Part shown: piece after piece, positions 39,260 to 49,475 of the stretch
Position numbering within the stretch: position 1 is the stretch's first letter
Layout: every line of letters begins with the position of its first letter
Assembly (NCBI RefSeq): GCF_018350175.1
Contig: NC_058371.1
Span: forward strand, 173,910,001-173,974,000
Direction of reading: 5' to 3'
Length of the DNA: 64,000 nt
From: Felis catus
Lineage: Eukaryota
Translations under genes and position numbers: made by a program
Notes under the pieces: generated by a model
Told to the model about the DNA's origin: nothing
Databases searched by the model: none
What the model saw: the letters and a program-made list of their open reading frames with translations, nothing else

Positions 39260-39430
39260 ACCAGGCTGGGAATTGGGATGCTCAGATTCTAGTCCCAGCA
39301 GCTTTTCCACCGGACAGCCATATGACCCGAGGCACATCATTTAACCTCTTTGAGCCTCAGTTTCCTCAACTGTAAATTAAGGTGCTTAGAACCAATAATT
39401 TTTAAGGTTCTTTTCGGGTTCTAAAAAGGT
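39260..39430 (+). mobile_element. MIR
   Basis: CATTTAACCTCTTTGAGCCTCAGTTTCCTCAACTGTAAA core. Confidence 0.75.
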
Positions 39431-40234
39431 CTGAGGGTGCATTTTTCCAGAATGCCATACTCATTTCCCTGCTACGAGATAGTTCTGAACTCAATTTTTC
39501 TTGTCTTGTAGACTCAGAATGTAATCACAGACAACCTTGATGGTATCGGCTTTGCTGTTTACAGCAGTTGGTTGTGACATTTCACACTTATCGTAATAGC
39601 CTTGTGCTGAATCTGTGAGGTGGGCCTCCTTGCCGTGGGCCAGGAGGCCACACGGCCAAGCTCGTTAGGAGTCTAAAGAGAAATAATGCCATGTACGTTC
39701 TGGTGGCAATCTAAGTATGTGGCTCTTGACAATTCTTCATGGGTGCAGGAAGACTTCTTTAATTCATTTCTCGGTTGCACTAGTCTGGAGGACTGATGCT
39801 GTTGGCTATCTGACCACCGAAGAAGGGGGATAATGCTTCAAAGCCATGAAGTACAGATCCAATCTTTGTCACACATAAATGACCCAAGGTATGTACTCAA
39901 TTATCAAATGGAAGGAAGATTTAACACCCAAATCAGAAGAAATGTCAAAACTCTTGGGTGTAGAGGCCGACTATGGGCCTAAGAAACACGTGAATCATAA
40001 ATGCACCCAAATAAATACATGTTGTATGACAAAGCTATGCATGTGGCAGAGGCCAAGGAGACGTCCTCCCAAGTACGGGGCTCCACCCGCGTACTGCTCG
40101 CGCATGCTCGGACACCGTACTTCTGCAAATGCAACAGAGCCTCCTCTGCAGACACAGCGGCCAAATTAAAACAAAACAAAAAAAGGCTGTTCTACTGTCC
40201 ACTTCTACAACTGCCATGCAATCAAGTTAGGGTG

Positions 40235-40388
40235 TTTGTTTGTTTACTTATTTTTGAGAGAGAGTGATCGTGTGTGGGCTCTGTGCTGAGCACCAAGGGT
40301 CTGATCCGGGACTCAAACTCACAAACTGTGAAATCATGACCTGAACGGAAGTCAGACACTTAACCCATTGAGCCAACCCAGCTGCCTC
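40235..40388 (-). mobile_element. Degenerate, internally deleted CanSINE
   Basis: GGACTCAAACTCACAAACTGTGAAATCATGACCTGA...GAGCCAACCCAG. Confidence 0.8.
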
Positions 40389-41094
40389 TCAAGTCAGGGT
40401 ATTTTTATTCCCAGAAGGAGTTAAGCTAAATCAGAGTGCATACACTACAAGGGCAATAGTCTATTCCAACTTAGCCTTCAGATCTACATATACAAGTGTA
40501 CACGAAGAAGCACTGGGTTGTGGAAAGTGTGAGATCTATTTGGCTCATTCTTTATCAAAACCTTTCTCCGTGATGGAAACACATGATGTGCAGCTGGAGA
40601 GTAGCAGTAGTCAGCAGGGAAAACACCACAACGAAACACGGCTCACAGCTACCTGCCTGGAACAAATGCAGTTTGAAATGACATGGAAATGAACTTTAGA
40701 GACGAGTCATCCAGTATTTTCTCTGACTTAATAGCCTAAATACCTTTGTCCTGCTACGTTATCTTTAGAATCAATTCACCTCTCACTCTTCTCGTGTGGA
40801 TTTTTATAGCAGCTACCTGGCTGGTATCTTTCCCATTTCATTCTTCTTCTTATAGCCAGAGAGAACTTTCTAAAACACAGATCTGCTTAAAATCCTTCGG
40901 TGGCTTCTCTGAAGGCTGTAAGATCCCCTAAGGCTAGGACTGTGTCCCGGGCACTTTGCTCAGTGTAGTGCCTGATATCTCTAGGTTTACAAGCGTGCTG
41001 TCTCCAAGGTCGAGGAAAGGTTTCATTTAATTTTAGAGAGCCACTTGTACACAGAACAGAATTTGCTGCTCACGGTAAAATTTGAGACATACCC

Positions 41095-41327
41095 CTTTTT
41101 TTTTTATTTAAGAAGTTTTAATGTTTATTAATTGTTGAGAGAGAGAGAGAGAGAGACAGAGCACGAGTGGGGGAGGGGCCAAGACCGAGGGAGACACAGA
41201 ATCCAAAGTAGGCTCTAGGCTCTGAGCTGTCAGCACAGAGACTGACTTGGGGCTTGAACTCACAAGCTGGAAGATCATGACCTGAGCTGAAGTTGGACCC
41301 TCAACTGACTGAGCCGCCCAGGTGCTC
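41095..41327 (-). mobile_element. CanSINE
   Basis: Reverse SINE body. Confidence 0.92.
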
Positions 41328-41410
41328 CTTCCTTTTGTCTTTTAATATTCACTGTAGCTCAGGATCATCCTTTCTAAGACGCTTGATGACACTGATTCCG
41401 TATTTTGAGG

Positions 41411-41412
41411 TT

Positions 41413-41443
<31 letters not shown>

Positions 41444-41675
41444 GAGAGAGAGAGAGAAAGAGGGAGTACAAGCCTGTACAAGGGGAAGGAGAGGGAGGGA
41501 GGGAGGGAGGGAGGGAGGGAGAGAGAGAGAGAGAGAGAAGGAACCAACCCCAAGCTGGCTCCACACCCAGTGGGGAGCCTAATGGGGGGCTAGATCCCAG
41601 GAGTCTGGGATCATGACCTGACTGGAACTCAAATCAAGAGTCAGACACTCAACTGAATAAGCCACCAGGTGTCCC
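41411..41675 (-). mobile_element. CanSINE with (GTTTT)n tail and (GAGG)n expansion
   Basis: Reverse SINE with tail- and CT-tract-derived microsatellites. Confidence 0.85.
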
Positions 41676-42403
41676 TTCAGTTCTATTAAGTATCTACTTC
41701 AGGACACACATTCATCTGATGGCTATGTTGTGTTTGAGGACAGGGTTATTTTGATGATATATAGTCCTTCTGAAGATTCCAATTTCTGTGGGATCAGAAT
41801 ATTCTCAGGTGAAAAAGGTGAGCAGATAACAGATTTCACTGTCACGTTATTCTCTTAAAACACCACTCAGGTGGTAAACACACTAAGAAAGGCTACACCT
41901 CGGTGACCCATCTGACCCGCAGACAGGTAAAGACTGAGATCTACCCTCCCCTAGCAGAGGCTACCGCGTCTTCTGACTTGTCTAGATAGAAAGTCTACCT
42001 GCAAACCAGATAATGACAAAAAAGGGGGGCGGGGCAGGCAGCAGCTAGGTACTATTTAACAAAGATCCCAAAAGAGCCCAAGATTCAGGATTTTTGGAAA
42101 CATTGTTAAACTAGGGGAATTTGCAAGTCCTGGGGAAGAAACCCAGGTACTGGGAGGTTGGTATTCAATTACTGTCTTTGGAAACAGGAGTCCATTCCAA
42201 GAAACACAGCGAGTGGGCTTTTGCACCAAAGGCAGGGCAGTTCCAGGAGCAAGGACAGCAGTACCTGCTCCGCCCTTGGGCCCGACTCAATTCTGGCCAG
42301 AACTCAGCTAGGTTGTGTTTCCAGGCTCAGAGAGATGGTAGGTGGGAAGTCAGGGGGATCATTCCAGCTTCAGGCTATGGAACATATTTAGTTGACATGC
42401 AAG

Positions 42404-42604
42404 TTTTTGTTTTTGTTATTTTTAAATGTTTATTTATTTTGAAAGGACGGGGGAGGAGAGAGAGAGGGAGAGAGAGAGAATCCCAAGCAGGCTCCACACT
42501 CAGCACAGAGCTGGATGCAGAGCTCAATCTCACAACTGTGAGAGCATGACCTAAGCTGAAATCAAGAATCAGACGCTTAACCCACTGAGCCACCCAGGCA
42601 CCCC
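42404..42604 (-). mobile_element. CanSINE
   Basis: Reverse SINE ending CACCCAGGCACCCC. Confidence 0.92.
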
Positions 42605-43073
42605 TGTTCTAAATCCAGATATGCAAAAGCTCTTAGAACACAGCTAAGATTGGTCATATTTATCTTTAGATGTTATTGGATATCGAAATCTTCAGAACCA
42701 TTAAGGACCAGCCGTGGGGCCAGATGCCACGAGACATGCACTCATCACATACTTGCTGAACAGAAAGAACAGTACCAGGATGGACAGAGTGAGCAGAGAA
42801 GAGACATAAACCCAACCCCGCCTTCCCGTATTCATGTCTGCTCCATTCCTGTTCTGTGATCAAGGCAGCTTCTTGTAACTGATTCTTTACACGTTAGGAA
42901 AATACAAATAACCCCAGAATTATACTGACCCTTTAGAGCTTCAAAACACTGTTTCAATGACCTGCCTTATGAATGCTGGGGTATTCTAGAGACACTGCTG
43001 TTTAGCCTCAGAACCTTTAACATGTCTCCTAAAAATAGTATTAACTGGAGGATTAGATGTGGGAATAAGTGGA

Positions 43074-43077
<4 letters not shown>

Positions 43078-43146
<69 letters not shown>
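43078..43146. repeat. Compound (TG)n(AG)n microsatellite
   Basis: Directly visible. Confidence 0.97.
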
Positions 43147-43149
<3 letters not shown>

Positions 43150-43699
43150 AATAGAATTTATTGTGTTTAAAAGCAGCGATCACTTTCCATTTCTTTCTAG
43201 TTCAACTCTCAAAGGTTTCTCATCTTTTCTACAGCAATTACCATAACAGCTTGGGTACAACCACTCAGGACTTTCCTAAGCCAGGGTGAGAAGCGACGCA
43301 ATTCTCTCACAGTGACAGGCAGATAATTAAAACACCTTCTTTAATGATCTGAACCACCTCATGGAACACTGACTTCTTCCAAATCTACTCGGCAGAAGTC
43401 TACACCACAGTGGAAAATAAAATGTACTAAGTTACTGAGGAGAAAATAAAATGGACTAAGGAGGGTTTTTGTTTTGTTTTTAAGGTTAATTACAGTCCTG
43501 GAGGGACTGTAAAAAATAAAGTCCCACTGATTTTGAAATTTGTCTTCTATCACTGAAAAAACTTATTCAGGGGTGGTTTGTGAAAATCTCACCTCATCAG
43601 GGCTCCCAAGGTCAAGTGAGACCCAAGCCATCGCCCTGGGAGATGCCTGCCTAATTATTAAATATTCAGCAAACAGTTTGTGACCATTTAACAGTTTGC

Positions 43700-45090
43700 A
43701 CCTGGCACGCTCTTACAGCGTGCGGCTTCCTAGAGCTGCACCCTCCCCGCTCCACCCCTTCTCACCGCCGCCCAGGGCGCCAGCACCCCAACCGGAGCAA
43801 ATCCTGGGACCCAAGGACGTTTCAAAGAAACAGCGGCGGCCAACACTCCATTTCCGTTTTATTCGAAAACGCTCCGATGCTTAAAAATGGGGGAAGGGGA
43901 CACTTAGAAATAAGGGGAAAATCGCTTGCAGTTTTTCCAACTCAAGTTCTCAGGCGCCGTAGAAAGTTCATTAATTAGGGATTTAAAAACAAAAGTGTTT
44001 CACACACCGCAGAGATGCCAAGCTTTCCAAACTGTCCTGGTCTTTAGTTTGGGGACTTTTTCAAGTCCCGCCGGCTCCCGCCCCCTCCCCCTCTCCCTCC
44101 TCCTCCCCGACCCCCGGGGCTGGATTTCGCCTCCCTCCCGGTGCCTTTGTTGAATTCCGTGACTTTTCCGAAGTAATCAAACTGAGCATTGCCTCACCCC
44201 ATTTTTTTTTTTTCCACCCTGGCAGAAGGAAGTAAAGAAATAAAAACGACCTGCGAGAGAAGTCGGGGAAATAATGCCCCCAAGCCGAGGTCGGCAGGAG
44301 GCAAGCCCGCGGCGGGGCCCGACACGCGGGGCGGGGGACCGTCCCTACCTGGGGCCGGGCGGCGGCGGCGGGGTCGGGGTCGGGGCGCCCATGGCTTCGC
44401 CGGCCTCGGGCGGCGGCGCCGGGAAACGCCAGCGGCTCAGCGCCGCCCGGAGCCCGCCGCGCTCGCAGCGGCCGCCCCGGCGCCGTCATTGGGCCGGCGC
44501 GTCACGTGGCGCGGCCGGCGGGCGAGCCTCCCCGGCACGCGTAACCCTTTACCTGCGCGCCCCGGACCGCGCGGGGCCCCGGCGGCTCGACCCCCCGACC
44601 CCCGGAGCCGGGCTGGCCCTCCCTCCCCGCGCGCGGAAACAGCAAACCCGGGCGCTCGCGACGACCCGGGCGCGTGCCCACCGCCTGCCGGTGCCGGGAA
44701 ACGTCTCGGTGCCTACTTTTCTGTCGCCTTGGACAGAGAAGGGAGCCCCCTGTGAATCCGTACGTGCACGTAAGCGCACCCCCTGGCAAACAGACCTGTA
44801 CCCCTCACGCCCGTGTTTTTGTGTGTTTCCTTCTCAGTTCTGGTTCATCCGCTGAGACCCGCTGTGTGCACTATCTCCTGCCTGCACCATCAGAGATGAT
44901 GGGCTGACACACAAGCGCGGACGCTGCCACGACGTAACTCCCCAGGGAAGCTGCACACACTCGCCTGCACCCTGGACACCAAAGTGGGAGTTCGGCGAGG
45001 CCACGCTTTTCCCTTTCCCTCTCTTTTCCCGGGCTGTTGGCACCGCGGCTGCAGCCCTGCATGCACACCTGCTGAGCTCCACGCGGTACT
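43700..45090. promoter_or_regulatory. CpG island promoter, probably of PGCKA1 (C4orf19)
   Basis: Very high GC and CpG density (core 44270-44720), GC boxes (GGGGCGGGG at ~44328), CACGTG at 44503-44508 and CCAAT on the minus strand at 44488-44492. The gene identity rests on recalled synteny, not on sequence here. Confidence 0.9.
44349..44450 (-). other. PGCKA1: Putative first (5'UTR) exon of PGCKA1/C4orf19; start coordinate approximate
   Basis: Donor CAG|GTAGGG at 44349/44348, downstream of the E-box/CCAAT module and followed by G-rich intron sequence. C4orf19 follows NWD2 head-to-tail in mammals (recalled); its CDS is not in this window. Confidence 0.55.
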
Positions 45091-45649
45091 TTGTTGCAGT
45101 GTGTGCACCTAAGGTGGGTGGAGAGCTGGGGGCTCTTCCTTAAAATACTAACTACTTAGGTTTTGGAGATTCTTTTCACCTGTGCTCCCAAGTGGAGTTG
45201 GGTTTGACAGGAAAATGCGTTAAGCAACTGCGCCACCTAGCTCACCCTCTTCTCTCCTCTTCCAACCGTCCAGGGAGAGCCAGGATACAATAGGATGCTG
45301 GAGAAGCATCGGGACCGAATACTATTTAAAGACGGACATGCTGTCCTTAGTTGTTACTGTGTCCAATGCAGTGATTCCTGCCCCATTTACACGTATGTCA
45401 GGATTTGTGGGAGAAAGCTCATTTTTAAAAATCTTGCCAGTGGTCTAGTACCTACATGCTTTAAAATGATAGATGTAGAGAGAAATTCTATGCGCTTTTG
45501 CATTATTTTCTGATAAAACGCGTTGTCATAATAGAGGCCCCTCATGCCCAACGTCTAGTGGACGCTTTACTGTCCACAGAATATTGGTACATTTCTCAGT
45601 TAATTTGTTCTGACTAAAAAGCCATTGGTATGTATCTTTGGTTTTAGAG

Positions 45650-45845
45650 TGTGATTGGTTCCCAGGCTAGCAGAATCAGCTTCATCTGGAGGAATCTAGT
45701 AAAAATGCAAATTTTGGGGCTCCACCCCAGACATACTGATTCTGAAATAGGTGGGGATAGGGAGGGTGAAGAAGTAACCTTTTTTTTTTTTTTAAACAAA
45801 TCTTGTTTTAACAAATGATGGATGTTCCAGTTTGAGAACCACTGC
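45650..45845. mobile_element. MER5A-like hAT element
   Basis: AGCAGAATCAGCTTCATCTGG...AAAATGCAAATTTTGGGGCTCCACCCCAGAC.TACTGA.TC.GAAA ... AGTTTGAGAACCACTG. Confidence 0.8.
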
Positions 45846-46214
45846 ACTGAGTGTGGTCAAGCAAGGGACTCAGGTACCTTCATCTATCAGGCTGGGATTC
45901 CTATACAGTCAAAAGTGGTGGTGTTATTGGTTGTCTTAATTCAGTGTTACATAATTTGTCCTATTGATACACTGAGACAAAGCCCTCCAATGTGCCTATA
46001 CACGAGTCGTCTGTACTCCATGCAGATCATGTAGAATGCCTCGTGGAGGAGGCTTGAGGGGATCCGTGTGAAAAACACAGGCAAAAAACCTCTGGTTTCT
46101 TGATGTCTGTGGAAGTGGAATACCATGATTCAGTTAGTATTTTAGGTGTGTTCATGTTTCCACTGGCATAAAAATCCTTCCCAACCGATGAGTCGCGAAA
46201 GATAGAAAAAACCA

Positions 46215-46438
46215 GGGGTGCCTGGCTGGCTCGGTCGGCTAAGTGTCCGACTGTGGCTCAGGTCATGATCTCATGGTTCATAGGCTGCGTCAGGCTCTGT
46301 ACTGACAGCTCAGAGCTCAGCACAGAGCCTGGAGCCTGCTTCGGATTCTGTCTCTGTCTCTCTCTGCCCCTCCCCTGTTCACGCTCTGTCTCTCTCCCTC
46401 TCTCTCTCAAAAATAAAAAACATTCAAAAAATTTTAAA
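46215..46438 (+). mobile_element. CanSINE
   Basis: SINE with B-box region deleted and a small internal duplication (CAGAGCTCAGCACAGAG). Confidence 0.9.
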
Positions 46439-46799
46439 GAAGAAGAAGGAAAAACTGATTTGAGTGGATTTGTCAATATAGTTCTAAATTTGTCAGCATT
46501 GTTCTAAAAAAAAGCCAGAATTGAAAAAAGTTTATGGTATTGGCTTACGTTATAACCCAGAACAGCACCATATTATGCATTTTAGACTTTTGGGAAGGAG
46601 GTCACGGTTGGATTCTTTCCCTTTAGCTCTGGTGTCTCCACTGGGTGGAGAGCACTTTTCCAGTTGCCTGCATGGATGTCTTTACTTTTGAACTCTCTAG
46701 GTCCACCTTTATTTTAGTATTTCCTTCATTTTCGTCTCCTAACCTATTCATTTTACATCTGTAATTCTACTGTCCACCCAGTTTCAGTTGGAGCTGGAA

Positions 46800-47600
46800 T
46801 TATGTGTGTTCTCCGTTGTCTGTCACATAGCTCTGTCAGTTAAGCCCTGAACTCATGCCTCCTCTTAGCGTCCTCACTGCTGCTGTCCTAAGATCGAGAT
46901 CTTCTACTTTCTGCCAGATTATTGCAGTAGTTTCTTTACTGGTCCCCAGTTTCTGGTCTCTTCCATCTCTGATACACCTGACATCGTACTGCCTGAGTCA
47001 TTCTAAAATACCATTTCATCCAGGCCTATCCCTGTCTCAGAACCTTTTCCACAATTCCCTATGAGCTACAGAATAAAGTTCAATTTCGTGGATGTATGTT
47101 TTTATTTAAATAAGCTCTGTGCCCAACATGGGGCTTGAACTCCCAACCCCAAGATTAAGAGTTGCATGCCCTACCCAATGAGCCAGCCAGGCACCTCCAG
47201 AGTAAAGTTTAAAAAGCCAACGTAGCATCTGAAGTCACCCACAGTATATGTTGACTCTTCCTGTCTTCCTTTTCTTGCTCACACAGATTCCCTCCCCTGA
47301 AATGTCTTTTCAACATTCTGACAGCTAAGTCCTGCTTATCCTTCAAGCCTCTGCTGTCACCTCCTTTCAGCCATCCTTTTTGAATCCCAGTTCAAGTTCA
47401 TTGCTCCTCTGCAGTGTGTTCTCAACACCTGCCATTCACTTTATCACAGTCTGTCTTATATCTAATTTAGTTGTGTCTCCTTTAGATTGTAGGATTCTGG
47501 AGGGCAGGGGTTGTGCAGGACTCATTTTCAAATCATCCTGGGGCATAAGCATGATGTCTTGGACAAAGCAAACACACAATATTTGTTGTGTCCTTGACCC
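46800..47600 (+). mobile_element. L2 fragment interrupted by a short old SINE (47098-47197, minus)
   Basis: Degenerate L2 phrases (TCCTTCAAG.CTC...TGTCACCTCCT, TTAGATTGTA.GATTC.GGAGGGCAGGG); SINE ends GAGCCAGCCAGGCACC. Confidence 0.6.
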
Positions 47601-47796
47601 TGGGAAAGAAGACGCTTAAGTTTGTTGAACAGCAAACTGCATGAAATGCTTTTATGAAAATGATAGCCAACTCCTGTACATTTTCTCAAAACTGAAAGAA
47701 CAGGTGTAATCTTCAACCTAAAGGATTTAGATCAGAATCCAAGAAGGAATTCCCACCATGGGTAGTGGAATTAGGGAGAGTTTTTGAAGGGGGCAA

Positions 47797-48004
47797 TTTT
47801 TTTTAATGTTTACTTATTTATTTTGAGAGAGGGAGACCACAAGCAGGGGAGAGGCAGAGAGAGAGAGTAAGAGAGAGAATCCCAAGTGGGCTCCGTGCTC
47901 CGCACAGAGCCTGACGTGGGGCTCGATCTCACAAACCACAAGACCACCACCTGAGCAGAAATCAAGAGTGGGATGCTTAACTGACTGAGCCACCCAGGTG
48001 CCCC
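47797..48004 (-). mobile_element. CanSINE
   Basis: Reverse SINE ending CACCCAGGTGCCCC. Confidence 0.92.
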
Positions 48005-48496
48005 TCGAGGCGGCTAAAATCTAAACAGAAATGTCTAAGCTACATGAAGATGAAACCCAATAGGTAATTTCTTCAATTTTTCCCCTAATGCCTTGATTTT
48101 AAGTTTCTCTAAGAATGATTGTTTCATGAAACTAGACACAGAGTTTCATCTGATTGTTCCCTACTTATCACCACTTAAGCTCATCATTGCTAACTTGTTT
48201 GAAAAATTTTTGTGTGTGTCTGTGTGTGTGCGAGAGGGGATTCTCAGTTCCAAGAGGCAAGAAATGGAAAAAGGTGCATTTGGGAAGGCTCCCCCTTGGT
48301 CCCGCCCTCTCACCTGGAGGCAGTTTATGAGTGGGGCAACTCCTTAGTTATCCTTCTTCCCACCTCTGTCCCAGGCCCCAGGAGGAAGCACACTGTCCTT
48401 GCACTTGCCCATAGAATCTTTTTGTTTTTCTGTTAAGACTGTGAAATCTTAGAAGGCACAGGCTACTTTACTGACCTTTGCAAAATGCCATGACCA

Positions 48497-48718
48497 GGGG
48501 CGCCTGGGTGGCGCAGTCAGTTAAGCGTCCGACTTCAGCCAGGTCACGATCTCGCGGTCCGTGAGTTCGAGCTCCGCATCAGGCTCTGGGCTGATGGCTC
48601 AGAGCCTGGAGCCTGTTTCCGATTCTGTGTCTCCCTCTCTCTCTGCCCCTCCCCGGTTCATGCTCTGTCTCTCTCTGTCCCAAAAATAAATAAACATTGG
48701 AAAAAAAAATTAAAAAAA
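48497..48718 (+). mobile_element. Young CanSINE (SINEC_Fc)
   Basis: Perfect TSD AAAATGCCATGACCA (48482, 48719). Confidence 0.97.
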
Positions 48719-49111
48719 AAAATGCCATGACCAAATAACTATTTGCTGAATGAGTACATCAACAATTGTGGTATACCTGAAAGTCCTGGGAGTTTTCAGA
48801 AACTTCCAGTGACCTTCAGAGCCTAGCCTGGTCTCTAATCTGCAGGTCAGAAAATATGTTATAGGTCATAATCCGTAAGTGCCTACCGGATACTCAATGC
48901 TATACTTTGTGTGCTTTGGAAAAGCAAACATTGATGTTATATTGACATCCTATTCAGCTATTCCCCCTGGATCTCTGTTTCTAGGTTTTTACATCTGTGA
49001 ATTTAGAATAGTAACTCTACCTACATCATAAGGCCATTGTGGAGATGGCTTAGTACATACCGAGCTCCAAAAATAGCATCTGGTATACAGTAACCATGAA
49101 AAATTACTACT

Positions 49112-49366
49112 GGGGGCGCCTGGGTGGCTCAGTCGGTTAAGCGTCTGACTTTGGCTCAGGTCATGATCTCGCGGGTCGTGAGTTCAAGCCCCAAGTCGGG
49201 CTCAGAGTCGAGCCCCAATCTGTGCTGACAGCTCAGAGCCTGGAGCCTGCTTCAGATTCTGTGTCTCCCTCTCTCTCTCTGCCCCTCCCCCACCTGCGCT
49301 CTCTCTCTCTCTTGCTCTCTCTCTCACTCTCAAAAATAAATAAACATAAAAAAAAGTTTAAAAAAA
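49112..49366 (+). mobile_element. CanSINE just past the NWD2 poly(A) site
   Basis: Full SINE with a ~17-nt internal duplication (AGAGTCGAGCCCCAATC). Confidence 0.94.
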
Positions 49367-49399
49367 TTATTGACAGTCTCTACCCTTGCCAAAGTTGGG

Positions 49400-49475
49400 G
49401 AAGAAAAACTCCACACAAATCTAAGTAGTTTCTCTTTTTATTCATACAAACAATACATACACAAGACTGTACATT
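49400..49475 (-). terminator. NWD2: NWD2 polyadenylation signal
   Basis: Minus strand reads TGTAcagtcttgTGTATGTAttgttTGTAtgAATAAA (AATAAA 49437-49442), followed ~20 nt later by a GU/U-rich element TTTGTGTGGAGTTTTT. Confidence 0.8.

Noticed and set aside
44061-44855. Long ORFs on both strands in the CpG island (142, 188, 193 aa)
   Set aside because: Low-complexity Arg/Gly/Pro/Ala content is expected where GC-rich DNA lacks stop codons; no domain recognised.
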